Origin: an uncultured Fimbriimonadaceae bacterium
Lineage (GTDB): Bacteria > Armatimonadota > Fimbriimonadia > Fimbriimonadales > Fimbriimonadaceae
Assembly (NCBI GenBank): GCA_964539295.1
Contig: CAZIIS010000010.1
Span: 1 to 43,718 of the forward strand
Reading direction: 5' to 3'
Length of the DNA stretch: 43,718 nucleotides
Shown here: piece by piece, positions 19,695-29,153 of the stretch
How positions within the stretch are numbered: position 1 is the first letter of the stretch
Layout of the letters: the number at the start of each line of letters is the position of its first letter
The notes under the pieces: model-generated
Database searches by the model: none
What the model was told of the DNA's origin: nothing
Seen by the model: the letters and a program-made list of their open reading frames with translations, nothing else
Made by a program: the position numbers and the translations under genes

Positions 19695-20483
19695 ATGATG
19701 CGAGCTCTGAACACTGCAGGCACCGGAATGGTGGCCCAGCAATACAACATGGACGTGATCGCCAACAACCTGGCGAACGTCAACACCAGCGGCTTCAAGC
19801 AGCAGCGCGCCGAGTTTCAGGACCTGATGTACCAGACGTTCCGAGCCTCGGGCGCGACGACAGGCAGCAACTCGAACCTGCCGCAAGCCGCCCAGATCGG
19901 CTTGGGCGCCCGGTTCGCGGCCAGCGCCCCGAACTTCTCGCAGGGTCCGCTCTCCAACACGGGCAACGCGCTCGACGTGGCGATCAACGGCTCGGGCTTC
20001 TTCCAGGTAGAGCAACCGGACGGAAGCACGGCCTACACGCGCGACGGTAGCTTCAAGCGCGACGCCAACGGCTTGATGGTCACTTCGGACGGCTACGCGG
20101 TCGTCCCGAACGTGACGATCCCGGCCGAGGCGACCGCCGTCACGGTCTCTCCTACGGGCAAGGTGGAGGGCATCCTCCCCGGGCAGAACGAGGTCGTCGA
20201 ACTCGGCGAGATCCAGCTCGTGCAGTTCAGCAACCCCTCCGGCATGACGCGCATCGGCCAGAACCTGTACAAGGCCGGCGGCGCCAGCGGCGAGCCGCAG
20301 ACCGTTTCTCCGGGCGAGAACGGCGCGGGCACCCTCAGTTCGGAGTTCGTCGAGGGCTCCAACGTGCAGGTGGTCGAGGAGATGGTGCGGATGATCTCCG
20401 CCCAGCGCGCCTATGAGATCAACTCGAAGGCCATCCAGACCTCCGACGACATGCTCAGCATTCTCAACAACCTCAAGAGGTAA
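19695..20483 (+). CDS. flgG: Flagellar basal-body distal rod protein FlgG
   Basis: 'LNTAGTGMVAQQYNMDVIANNLANVNTSGFK' and C-terminal 'MISAQRAYEINSKAIQTSDDML'. Length is 262 aa. Confidence 0.85.
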   Translation: MMRALNTAGTGMVAQQYNMDVIANNLANVNTSGFKQQRAEFQDLMYQTFRASGATTGSNSNLPQAAQIGLGARFAASAPNFSQGPLSNTGNALDVAINGSGFFQVEQPDGSTAYTRDGSFKRDANGLMVTSDGYAVVPNVTIPAEATAVTVSPTGKVEGILPGQNEVVELGEIQLVQFSNPSGMTRIGQNLYKAGGASGEPQTVSPGENGAGTLSSEFVEGSNVQVVEEMVRMISAQRAYEINSKAIQTSDDMLSILNNLKR

Positions 20484-20489
20484 CTCGTC

Positions 20490-21758
20490 ATGATCGCCAC
20501 CCTTCTCACCGTTCTCGCGCTGAGCGCCCCCGCCTCCATCCACGTCAAGGTGGACGGAGACGGGTACCTGCGCTTTGCGCGGGAGGGACGCGCCGTCTAC
20601 GCCAAAGAGGCGAAGCTGGTCGTCGCCAACGGGGTGCTTGCGAGCCAGGCCGGGCCAACGGTGTTGCCGTCGGTTCCGGTGCAGGGTTCCCCCTCCGCGG
20701 TGGAGGTGGACCTGGAGGGACGCGTGTACGGCGTCTACTCCGGCTCCCGGCGCGCGCTTGGGCGGCTGGTGTTGGCGCTCTTCGCGCACGACGAGCAGCC
20801 GGTCGAGAGGGACGGTTTCATGGTTTCCGCCGGTCGTCCACGGTTGGGCAACCCGGGCGAGGGGCTCAACGGCGTCGTTCGACTCCAGGGCGCGGAACCA
20901 CCGGTGCGCGTGGTCGAACGCGCGACTGCGCCGGCGCCCAAGGCGACGCCCCCGGCCGGGATCGCGCCCAAGGTTGCGCCCGTGGTCTCCCCTGAGCCAC
21001 GGCCCGCGGCGAACGCGTCCAACGGCTCGACGGCGACCGCGCCGCTCCCCACCGAGGCGTTCCTGCGGAAGGGCGGCGTTCAGATCGTTTTGAACGAGGG
21101 CGCCGAGGTGGACGGCTCGACCTATACGCTGGGCGAGATCGCCACGGTGTACGCCAAGGCGGACCTCGCGTCGAAGCTCACCGGCATCGACATCGGCAGC
21201 ACGCCGCCGCTGGGCGTTGAGGCTCGGGTCGATCGCGTTCGCATCAAGGCTCGGCTGAAGCAAGCCGGGATCAACTCGGACGAGTACGTGATCGTGGGCG
21301 CGCCGAGTGGCAAGGTCAAGCGGCGCGGCCAGCGGGTGACGCAGGAGGCGTTCCAGCAACAGGCGATCGCCGCCGCGCAGGCGAAGCTGGGCCCCTCGGC
21401 CAGCCTCGTGGGCACGACCCCGGGCCCAGACATGACGGTTCCGATGGGCGACCTTTCGTTGGTGGCCGAGTCGACCTCCGTCAGCGGGACGCAGGTGTCC
21501 GTCGTGGTGGCCGCCTTCGTGGACGGAAAGCGGATCAACTCCCGCACGATCAAGCTTAGCAACCAGTCGCCGATCGCCACGGTGAAGATGGGTGCGACGG
21601 TGAAGGTACGCGCCAGCCTGAACGGCGCGACGGTGGAGACGACCGGGCGCGTGAAGTCGGTCGACCCGAGTTCCAACCAGGTGGTGGTGGTCACCGAGAA
21701 CGGCGCCACCCTCATCGGCACGCCCGCCTCGGGCGGAATTGTTGAGGTGAAGCTGTGA
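20490..21758 (+). CDS. flgA: FlgA-family P-ring assembly protein with an extended N-terminal region
   Basis: Signal peptide. The C-terminal SAF/FlgA region is 'RTIKLSNQSPIATVKMGATVKVRASLNG...GRVKSVDPSSNQVVVV'. The N-terminus 'DGYLRFAREGRAVYAKEAKLVVANGVL' resembles the rod-protein C-terminal motif, and a Pro/Ala-rich linker follows. Length is 422 aa. Confidence 0.65.
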   Translation: MIATLLTVLALSAPASIHVKVDGDGYLRFAREGRAVYAKEAKLVVANGVLASQAGPTVLPSVPVQGSPSAVEVDLEGRVYGVYSGSRRALGRLVLALFAHDEQPVERDGFMVSAGRPRLGNPGEGLNGVVRLQGAEPPVRVVERATAPAPKATPPAGIAPKVAPVVSPEPRPAANASNGSTATAPLPTEAFLRKGGVQIVLNEGAEVDGSTYTLGEIATVYAKADLASKLTGIDIGSTPPLGVEARVDRVRIKARLKQAGINSDEYVIVGAPSGKVKRRGQRVTQEAFQQQAIAAAQAKLGPSASLVGTTPGPDMTVPMGDLSLVAESTSVSGTQVSVVVAAFVDGKRINSRTIKLSNQSPIATVKMGATVKVRASLNGATVETTGRVKSVDPSSNQVVVVTENGATLIGTPASGGIVEVKL

Positions 21759-22360
21759 GAACCTGTATCCTCGCCGCTCTTGCGGCCGTGGCGCTGACCG
21801 GGGTCGCCGGCGCGCAGATGACCGAGCCGAAGGGCAACCCCGGTTCGCTATACAACCAAGGCTACGTGAACCCGTTCGCCGACCGGATCGCGCGCAAAGC
21901 GGGCGACGTGCTGACGATCATCATCAGCGAGTCGTCGGTTGCCAGCTACAGCGCGACGACCAAGGCCAACAAGTCGGACAGCAACTCGATCAACTCGCAG
22001 TTCTACAACGAGGTGATGGACCGGCTGTTCCGTCCGCTGAGCACCGGTTCGACCAGCTCGGTTTCGGGCGACGGCACGACCACGCAGAACGGCAAGATGT
22101 CCACCCGCATGAGCGCGGTGATCAAGCAGGTTTTGCCGAACGGGAACCTCTTGATCGAAGGCGCCCGCTCGTTGGTGACCAACAAGGAGACGCAAACCTT
22201 CAAGTTGAGCGGCACCATCCGGCCCGACGCCGTTGCCTCGGACAACACGGTGAAGAGCGAGCTGATCGCCGACGCCGAGATCCGCATGGAGGGCAAGGGC
22301 ATGATCCAGGAGCGCCAACGCAAGGGCATCCTGACGCGCGTGCTCGACTGGCTCTTCTAG
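21755..22360 (+). CDS. flgH: Flagellar L-ring protein FlgH
   Basis: GTG start overlapping the flgA stop. Signal peptide. 'GDVLTIIISESS' and 'NGNLLIEGARSLVTNKETQTFKLSGTIRP' are typical of FlgH. Confidence 0.85.
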   Translation: MRTCILAALAAVALTGVAGAQMTEPKGNPGSLYNQGYVNPFADRIARKAGDVLTIIISESSVASYSATTKANKSDSNSINSQFYNEVMDRLFRPLSTGSTSSVSGDGTTTQNGKMSTRMSAVIKQVLPNGNLLIEGARSLVTNKETQTFKLSGTIRPDAVASDNTVKSELIADAEIRMEGKGMIQERQRKGILTRVLDWLF

Positions 22361-22373
22361 GAAGATTTGGACC

Positions 22374-23621
22374 ATGAAGCGAACGATTCTGCTCATCGCT
22401 ATTGCGCTCCTCGGCTCGACCTGCTTCGGGCAAGCGGGCGCGCCCGCGGGCAAACCGGACGCCACGGCCAAGGTGGCGCCGCTCTCCGCAAAGGAGAGGG
22501 CCCGCATGGCGGAGGTTGAGAAGGCGCGCAAGGCGGCCCAGAAGGCGCTCAACGAACGGATCTCGCGGGGGGAGTCGGAGGGCGTGGCCGTCCGGATCAA
22601 GGACATCGCGCGCTTCCGGGGCGTCCGCGACAACCAGCTTTCCGGTTACGGGCTGGTGGTCGGCCTGGAGGGTACCGGCGACACGCAATCCACGCCGTTC
22701 ACGGCCGGGCTGCTGGCGAACGCGATGAAGCGCTGGGGCACGATGGTGGATCCGACCAAGTTCAAACCGAAGAACATGGCCGCGGTGTCGATCATCGCCA
22801 CGCTGCCGCCGTTCGCGGCGCCGGGCAACCGGATCGACGTGTCCGTGCAGTCGGTGGGGGACGCCAAGAGCCTCCAGGGCGGTACGTTGCTCATGGCGCC
22901 GCTGTACGGCCCGAGCGACAGCGTCACGGTGATGGCCAGCGCCCAGGGGGCGGTCAGCATCGGCGGTTTCAACGTCCAGTCCAACGGCAGCAGCGTGCAG
23001 AAGAACCACACCAACGCGGGGCGCATCCCCGGCGGGGCGATCGTCGAGAGCGGCGTTCCGACGCAGATGGTGTTTGACGGCAAGCTGTACCTGGAACTGG
23101 ACGACCAGGACCTGACGACGGCGCAGCGCGTGGCGCAGAAGCTGGGCGAGACGTTCCCCGACCTGACGGTGGCCGCGGAGGACGGCGGCACGATCGGCAT
23201 CGTGTTGCCGGCCGGGGCCACGCCGATGATGGTGATGAGCCAGATCGAAGCGACGACGGTGAACGCCGACATCCCGGCGGTCGTGGTGGTGAACGAACGC
23301 ACCGGCACGATCGTGATCGGCGGCAACGTTCACCTCGGCCCGGCGGTGATCGCCCACGGCGGCCTGCAAGTTCGGGTGGATGCGTTCAACGACGTGATCC
23401 AACCGGCGCCGTTCTCGGACGGGGTCACGGCCCCGGTGAGCAACAGCACCATCGACGTGCACGAGGAGACCGCGCAGATCGGCCTGGTGCCGCCCAGCGC
23501 GACGATCGGCGACCTGGCGAACATCCTCCAGGCGCTGAAAGTCACGCCGCGCGACGTCATCGCCATCCTGCAGGCGCTTCGCGAGCAGGGCGCCCTCAAG
23601 GCGAGGATCAAGCTGCAATGA
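22374..23621 (+). CDS. flgI: Flagellar P-ring protein FlgI
   Basis: Signal peptide. 'RIKDIARFRGVRDNQLSGYGLVVGLEGTGD' is the canonical FlgI N-terminus. Length is 415 aa. Confidence 0.9.
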   Translation: MKRTILLIAIALLGSTCFGQAGAPAGKPDATAKVAPLSAKERARMAEVEKARKAAQKALNERISRGESEGVAVRIKDIARFRGVRDNQLSGYGLVVGLEGTGDTQSTPFTAGLLANAMKRWGTMVDPTKFKPKNMAAVSIIATLPPFAAPGNRIDVSVQSVGDAKSLQGGTLLMAPLYGPSDSVTVMASAQGAVSIGGFNVQSNGSSVQKNHTNAGRIPGGAIVESGVPTQMVFDGKLYLELDDQDLTTAQRVAQKLGETFPDLTVAAEDGGTIGIVLPAGATPMMVMSQIEATTVNADIPAVVVVNERTGTIVIGGNVHLGPAVIAHGGLQVRVDAFNDVIQPAPFSDGVTAPVSNSTIDVHEETAQIGLVPPSATIGDLANILQALKVTPRDVIAILQALREQGALKARIKLQ

Positions 23622-24172
23622 ACGCGACGTTCCAGGTGCATGCGAATCAGGCGTCGGTGGGGACGGCCGAGTCGGCGGAGAGGAAGATCCGCCTGGCGAT
23701 CCGCGGCGACTTCCGGGCCGAGTTGGAAAAAAGGCTGACGTGCGCGCTCGGCAAGCCGGGCTCCCACCAGTACGAATCGATGACCCAGGCGCTCGCGGGG
23801 GTACTGAAACCGGCCGAATCGGGCGAGGGCCCGAGCATCGACCTCGACCTCCTGTCCGACAAGGCCAAGCACGACCTGAACAAGCTGCAGGGCGCCGCCG
23901 AGGGCTTCGAAGCGATCTTCGTGAAGAACCTGTTCGCCCAGATGCAGGCGGCCTCGCTTTCGGGCGAGTCGTCGCCGATGGGCGACATGGCCAAAGATAT
24001 GTTGAACCAGACGATGGCCGAGAGCGCCGCCAAGGGCAGCGCCCCGCTCGGCATCGCCAAGACTGTGTTTTTGTCGGTGGCCGACCAGGCCGTGAGGCAG
24101 TCCCTGGCCGAGAGCCGGTCCGCCGACGAACCCGTAACCCGAGGAAAGACCGAGAATGGCACGCATGACTAA
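23618..24172 (+). CDS. flgJ: FlgJ-like rod-binding protein (rod-binding domain only, no muramidase domain)
   Basis: 'AAEGFEAIFVKNLFAQM' is the rod-binding-domain core. It sits between flgI and flgK, as flgJ does in many clusters. Confidence 0.6.
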   Translation: MNATFQVHANQASVGTAESAERKIRLAIRGDFRAELEKRLTCALGKPGSHQYESMTQALAGVLKPAESGEGPSIDLDLLSDKAKHDLNKLQGAAEGFEAIFVKNLFAQMQAASLSGESSPMGDMAKDMLNQTMAESAAKGSAPLGIAKTVFLSVADQAVRQSLAESRSADEPVTRGKTENGTHD

Positions 24173-24635
24173 AGATCTGCAAACGCTGTGGTGGGATTGG
24201 TTAAGTACCGCCGAGCGACTCCTGAGCACGCTGTACGAGCAGACCGCTGCTCTGACCCTACGCGATGTGTCCCGCATCGAGCGGCTTCAGCCCGAGCTGG
24301 ACCAGATGATGAGCCGGATGAAAGAGATCGACGACCGCGCCGCGGCGTCCGCCAAGAGGCTGGCCGAAGAGCTCCAGTGTGAACCGAGCCTTCGAGGTCT
24401 GGTGGATGCGCTGGAGAAAGCCGAAGCGCAGCAGGTCCAGGCTCTTGCCAACCGCGTGATCGTGGCGGCGCGCAACGTGGAGAAGGTGATCGAGAAGAAC
24501 CGCAAGCTGCTCGAGGGCGAGCTTGAATACGTGACCGGCACGCTCTCACTGATCGCGCGGTGCTCCACCGAGAAGAAGGGCCCGTATAGCGAGAAAGCGA
24601 AGCCGGCGAACGTGTTGATGAACCAGGTCGCCTAG
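24156..24635 (+). CDS. flgN: Putative FlgN-family flagellar export chaperone, assigned mainly by position
   Basis: 159-aa helical protein directly upstream of flgK-flgL-fliW-csrA, mirroring B. subtilis flgM-flgN-flgK-flgL-fliW-csrA. No decisive motif was seen. Confidence 0.4.
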   Translation: MARMTKDLQTLWWDWLSTAERLLSTLYEQTAALTLRDVSRIERLQPELDQMMSRMKEIDDRAAASAKRLAEELQCEPSLRGLVDALEKAEAQQVQALANRVIVAARNVEKVIEKNRKLLEGELEYVTGTLSLIARCSTEKKGPYSEKAKPANVLMNQVA

Positions 24636-24647
24636 GAGGGAGACACC

Positions 24648-26036
24648 ATGCCCGGAACGTTCAACGGTATCAACGTGGCGTCCAACGCCCTCAGGATGTT
24701 CCAGCGCGCGCTGGACACCACGGGCAACAACATCGCCAACGTCAACACGGCGGGCTATTCCCGCCAGACGGTCGGCTTCTCCACGAACGACCCCCTGGCG
24801 TTCTACTGCAACGGCTGGAGGACGCTGGGCCAGGGCATGACCATCTCGTCGATCTCCCGCATCCGGGACGGTTACCTGGACTCGCGGGCGAGGTCGAGCG
24901 CCGGGGATCTATCGAAGTACGACACCGTCGCCACCGGTCTGGGCCAGATCGAGGACATCTGCAGCGTTTCGGCCGACCAGGGGATCTCGGCGGCGTTGGA
25001 CAACTTCTTCAACGCCTGGTCCGGTCTCGGGTCGAACCCATCCGACACGTCGCAGAAGGTCCAGGTGCTGAACGCGGGCCAGACGCTGGCGGACCGCGTG
25101 CGCGGCGCCTACAGCCAGCTCACGCAGCTCGAGGGCAGCACCGCTCAACAGGTTCAGACCACGATCAACCGGATCAACGAACTCGGCAAGAACATCGCCG
25201 ACCTGAACGAGGAGATCCGCAAGTACGCGTCGTCGGGCAACTCGCCCAACGACCTTCTGGACCAGCGGGACCAGGCGGTCCTGGAACTGAGCGGGCTTGC
25301 GGACACCAGCGTGCAGACCTTCTCGGACGGCTCGTACGCGGTGTACGTGGCCGGCTTTACGCTCACCGATTCCGGCGGGGCGCGCACCTTCCCGTCGACC
25401 CCGGGGGCTCAGCCGGGTACCTTCACCGACGGCAGCATCACCTACACGCCCTCCTCGGGCAAGCTGGCGGGGCTCTACCAGGTGTCGGCGCGGATCGTCA
25501 CCGAGAAGTCGCAGCTGGACGCCCTGGCGAACAACCTGCGGAACCAGTTCAACACGCTTCACCGCACGGGCAACAACAACGCGGGGATCGACTTCTTCAA
25601 CGAGGGCGCGGTGCCGCCGGACGCGACGATCCAGAACGGCGCGGCGACCTTCGACCTGAGCGCCGCGGTCAAGGCCTCTTCCGCCAACGTCGTGACGAGC
25701 GCCACGGGCCTGGCGGGCGATGGCGGCCTGGCGTTGGCCATGTCCAAGCTCAGCGAGACCTTCACGGGTATGCCCGGCGGCAAGACGTTCCAGTCGTACT
25801 ACCTCGACGCCACGGACCGCTTGGCGCACGACATCCAATACTACAAGGGCCACGTCGACACGCAGAAAGCCGTGGACACCCAGATCAAGCAGCAGCAGCA
25901 GTCGGTGAGCGGGGTTTCGCTGGACGACGAGATGGCCGACATGATGCGGTTCCAACGGAGCTACCAGGCGGCAGCCAAGACCCTAACGATCATGGACCAG
26001 ATGACCGAGGATCTGATTGGGATGCTCAGAACTTGA
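24648..26036 (+). CDS. flgK: Flagellar hook-associated protein 1
   Basis: GGAGGGAG Shine-Dalgarno. 'INVASNALRMFQRALDTTGNNIANVNTAGYSRQ' and C-terminal 'MMRFQRSYQAAAKTLTIMDQM'. Confidence 0.9.
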   Translation: MPGTFNGINVASNALRMFQRALDTTGNNIANVNTAGYSRQTVGFSTNDPLAFYCNGWRTLGQGMTISSISRIRDGYLDSRARSSAGDLSKYDTVATGLGQIEDICSVSADQGISAALDNFFNAWSGLGSNPSDTSQKVQVLNAGQTLADRVRGAYSQLTQLEGSTAQQVQTTINRINELGKNIADLNEEIRKYASSGNSPNDLLDQRDQAVLELSGLADTSVQTFSDGSYAVYVAGFTLTDSGGARTFPSTPGAQPGTFTDGSITYTPSSGKLAGLYQVSARIVTEKSQLDALANNLRNQFNTLHRTGNNNAGIDFFNEGAVPPDATIQNGAATFDLSAAVKASSANVVTSATGLAGDGGLALAMSKLSETFTGMPGGKTFQSYYLDATDRLAHDIQYYKGHVDTQKAVDTQIKQQQQSVSGVSLDDEMADMMRFQRSYQAAAKTLTIMDQMTEDLIGMLRT

Positions 26037-26120
26037 TGGTCTTCGTATGTCGCGCTCGGTCGGCGTCCTTGCAGGGACGTCGGTTAGCGCCCAGACCGGG
26101 GGAGACCCGACGGTAAAGCC

Positions 26121-27008
26121 ATGCGCATCAGCACCGCATACCAATACGGCAGCCTTACGGACCGAATTCGGGCCGCGCAGGAGGCGTATGTCAACGCCCA
26201 GGACAAGATCGTCTCGGGCAAGAACTTCGAGCGCCCCAGCGAGGATCCGGTCGGTTCGTACTTCGTGCTGGATGCCCGGCGCGTGAAGGCGCGCATCCAG
26301 CAGCTCGCCAACAACCTCCGGGGGGCGAAGGAGTACGCTGGCCTGACGGAGAACGCGATGGGCGATCTGTCGGACCTGGCAAAGAGCGCCTACGTCTCGG
26401 CCATCCGCGGGGCGAACGCCACGTGTACGCAAGACCAGCGCGCATCGATCGCCAGCGAGATCGCGGACCTGCAGCAACGGTTGCTGGATATCGGCAACAC
26501 GCAGGGCTCCAACCAGCAGTTCATCTTCGGTGGGCAGAAGTCGGACGCCAAGCCGTTTTCGGCGGACGCCACGGGGCTCGTGTTCAGTGGGGACACCAAC
26601 GCCGTCCAGGCGGACGTGCGCGTGGGCGAGGCGCCGATGCGCGTGAACCAGGCCGGCAGCGACAAACTCTTCGGAGACCTGTACAACGCGCTGGATTCGC
26701 TCAAGAACAACCTGATGAGCGGCAACCAGAGCGCGATCAGCACGACAGATATCGCGAACCTGCAGGCGTCCATGCAGCAGGTGAACGTGGCGCGCGCCGA
26801 CGCGGGCCTCAAGCTCCAAACGATCGATTACCTGGCCAAGCAGAACCAGAAGCGTATGGACGACCTGAGCGCTCAGATCTCCGGCGTGGAGGACGTCGAC
26901 GTGGCCCAGGCGGTTACGAACTACAAAACGGCGGAGGCCGCGTACCAGGCGGCGCTTCAGGTGGCGGGGCAAGGCTTCAAGCTTAGCCTGATGGATTACA
27001 TGCGATGA
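26121..27008 (+). CDS. flgL: Flagellar hook-associated protein 3
   Basis: Flagellin-like N- and C-terminal helical regions ('DVAQAVTNYKTAEAAYQAALQ'). Length is 295 aa. It is positioned after flgK. Confidence 0.8.
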   Translation: MRISTAYQYGSLTDRIRAAQEAYVNAQDKIVSGKNFERPSEDPVGSYFVLDARRVKARIQQLANNLRGAKEYAGLTENAMGDLSDLAKSAYVSAIRGANATCTQDQRASIASEIADLQQRLLDIGNTQGSNQQFIFGGQKSDAKPFSADATGLVFSGDTNAVQADVRVGEAPMRVNQAGSDKLFGDLYNALDSLKNNLMSGNQSAISTTDIANLQASMQQVNVARADAGLKLQTIDYLAKQNQKRMDDLSAQISGVEDVDVAQAVTNYKTAEAAYQAALQVAGQGFKLSLMDYMR

Positions 27009-27469
27009 CCACGACGTTGGCAGTAGACACTTCGCGTTTCGGGACCGTGGAATACGCGCCCGAGGACGTGATCACGTTTGCGGATGGCATTTTGGGGTTC
27101 CCGGCCTGCCGGGAGTACCTGGTGATCAACCACGGCGACAACAGCCCGTTCCGATGGCTCCAAAGCATCGAAGAGCCGGCTTTGGCGTTCCTGGTTGCCG
27201 ATCCGGGCGACCTTGTGGCCGGATATTCGCCGGAGATGCCCAAGCGCGATGCGAAAGCGCTCGGCCTTACCGAAGAGACCGCTCGGCTAGTCTATACTAT
27301 CGTTACGATTCCGCCTGGCAAGCCGGAAGAGATCGCGGTGAACCTTGCCGGCCCGATCGTGGTCAACGCGGAGACCCGAACGGCGCGGCAGGTGGTCATC
27401 GAGAGCGACGAATACCCGACCCGGTACCGCTTGCGCGGCGACGAACGATCGACCGAGCGGGCGGCCTAA
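27005..27469 (+). CDS. fliW: Flagellar assembly factor FliW
   Basis: '[23 protein letters not shown]' is the canonical FliW N-terminus. Length is 154 aa. Confidence 0.85.
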   Translation: MTTTLAVDTSRFGTVEYAPEDVITFADGILGFPACREYLVINHGDNSPFRWLQSIEEPALAFLVADPGDLVAGYSPEMPKRDAKALGLTEETARLVYTIVTIPPGKPEEIAVNLAGPIVVNAETRTARQVVIESDEYPTRYRLRGDERSTERAA

Positions 27470-27518
27470 CGGGGCCGATCTCAGGTTTGAACGGCGGAAG
27501 CCACGGAGGGCGCGCCAC

Positions 27519-27728
27519 ATGCTGGTCCTAACGAGGAAGGTCAACCAAAGCATCGTGATCGGCGACGGCATCGAGGTCGTCGTGTTGGAAGTGCGGGGCG
27601 AACAGGTTCGCCTCGGCATTCGTGCGCCACGCGACGTAGCCGTTCATCGCAAAGAGATATACGAGCAAATCCTCGAAGAGAACCGCGCCGCGTCTGCCGT
27701 GGAACCCAAGGACGTGCCGGGCGCCTAG
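27519..27728 (+). CDS. csrA: Carbon storage regulator CsrA
   Basis: '[51 protein letters not shown]' has the GxxxP/VHR hallmarks. GGAGGG Shine-Dalgarno 9 nt upstream. Confidence 0.9.
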   Translation: MLVLTRKVNQSIVIGDGIEVVVLEVRGEQVRLGIRAPRDVAVHRKEIYEQILEENRAASAVEPKDVPGA

Positions 27729-28226
27729 GTGTGCGCTGTGACGCCCAGCTCCCGCAAGGGCGCCATCTCGGACTTCCGCGCGGGGTGCGAACGCGCCTGG
27801 GAGGCGCTCAACCTTTCGATTACGCTTTTCATCGTGGCCGCGGGCTGTGCGTGCTTCCTTGCGTGGCAGTCTGGCGCGCGCGACCCGTTGGCCTACGTGT
27901 TGGCTTCGGCCAATCCCGCGTTGGCCTCGGTGCTTCTCCTGGCCGCAGGCGTGTTCCGGCCGGCGCTCTTCCCTTCGGCGCACCTCGAGTTCCCGCAAAA
28001 CGTGACGCTGCCGGTCGTCTACATGGGGTTGCTCTGGGCCACGAAGGCGTTGGAGGGGCAGACGCCGCTCGCTCTTCAACGGCTCCCGGATGTTCCGCGC
28101 TACGACCAAGTGTGGAACTCGCCCTACTTCGCAATGGGCGTCGCGTTTGTGCAGTTCCTGGTCCTGTCGTTCCTGTTGGCGCTCGGGCGACCCAATGACC
28201 ACGAGGAGGGCGCGCCCCTTCCGTAA
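27729..28226 (+). CDS. Hypothetical small membrane protein, last gene of the flagellar/csrA transcription unit
   Basis: A GTG start abuts the csrA stop. Four predicted hydrophobic helices. Third-position GC bias is consistent with coding. No recognizable motif. Confidence 0.4.
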   Translation: MCAVTPSSRKGAISDFRAGCERAWEALNLSITLFIVAAGCACFLAWQSGARDPLAYVLASANPALASVLLLAAGVFRPALFPSAHLEFPQNVTLPVVYMGLLWATKALEGQTPLALQRLPDVPRYDQVWNSPYFAMGVAFVQFLVLSFLLALGRPNDHEEGAPLP

Positions 28227-28238
28227 AATGAAGCCGCG

Positions 28239-29153
28239 ATGCTGACCCATTTCGGCGTAGACCTGCTGGTTCCCGAGTGGAGCGAATCGGTGGTGTGCGT
28301 CGGCGCCTTCGACGGAGTGCACCTTGGCCACCAAGCGTTGATCCGCGCGGCCGTCGGCGAAGCGTCGTCCTCCGACCGCCCCTGCGTGCTGGTGACGTTC
28401 GACCGTCACCCGGCGGCGGTCCTCGCTCCGGACCGGTGTCCCCCCTCGATCGGCACGCTGGAACAGAACCTGGGCGCCTTCCGCAGGCTTGGCGTGGCGC
28501 TGTGCGTCATCCTTCGCTTCGACCGCGCGTTGGCCGACATGAGCGCGCAGGAGTTCCTGGATTCGATCCTGTTCGAGCGCCTGCGGGCGACGGGGGTGGT
28601 CGTCGGGCACGACTTCGCCATGGGGCATGGGCGGCAGGGCGACGCGGACTGGCTTGGCCAGCGCATCCCCACCACGGTGGTGCCGCCGTTCCTGATCGAG
28701 GGCCGGCGCGTGAGCAGCACGGCGCTGCGGTTGCTGGTGGCCGAGGGGCGCGTGGAGGAGGCCGAGCGGCTTCTGGGACGGCGCTTCAGCATCCCGGGCG
28801 TGGTGGTGGCCGGGCGCAAGCTTGGGCGCGAACTGGGCTTCCCCACGGTGAACCTCGCGCGCGCAGAGGACCAGGTGGTTCCCCGCTACGGCGTCTACGC
28901 CGGCTACGCCGCCACGCCCAAGGGCCGGTTCCGCGCGGCCATCAGCGTGGGGCTGCGGCCGACGGTGGACGGCAAGGTGCGGGCGATCGAGGCGAACCTG
29001 CTGGACTACCCCGGGGACAACCTATACGGATCGGCCGTGGAGATCGAGTTCCACTCGCGCCTGCGCGACGAGGAGGCGTTCCCGTCGCTGGAGGAGCTCA
29101 AGGCGCAGATGGCGCGCGACGTCGAACGGGTGTTGCGCATCCCCGCGCCCTAG
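28239..29153 (+). CDS. ribF: Bifunctional riboflavin kinase / FMN adenylyltransferase
   Basis: N-terminal 'GAFDGVHLGHQ' nucleotidyltransferase motif and a C-terminal riboflavin-kinase region ('PTVNL...YG.Y'). Length is 304 aa. Confidence 0.85.
   Translation: MLTHFGVDLLVPEWSESVVCVGAFDGVHLGHQALIRAAVGEASSSDRPCVLVTFDRHPAAVLAPDRCPPSIGTLEQNLGAFRRLGVALCVILRFDRALADMSAQEFLDSILFERLRATGVVVGHDFAMGHGRQGDADWLGQRIPTTVVPPFLIEGRRVSSTALRLLVAEGRVEEAERLLGRRFSIPGVVVAGRKLGRELGFPTVNLARAEDQVVPRYGVYAGYAATPKGRFRAAISVGLRPTVDGKVRAIEANLLDYPGDNLYGSAVEIEFHSRLRDEEAFPSLEELKAQMARDVERVLRIPAP

Noticed and set aside
22200-24182. 660-aa ORF on the - strand across flgI and flgJ
   Set aside because: Antisense to the well-supported flgI gene, with a low-complexity composition.
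27528-28628. 366-aa ORF on the - strand overlapping csrA, the small membrane protein and ribF
   Set aside because: The + strand genes (csrA, ribF) are unambiguous. The - strand translation is Arg-rich low complexity.
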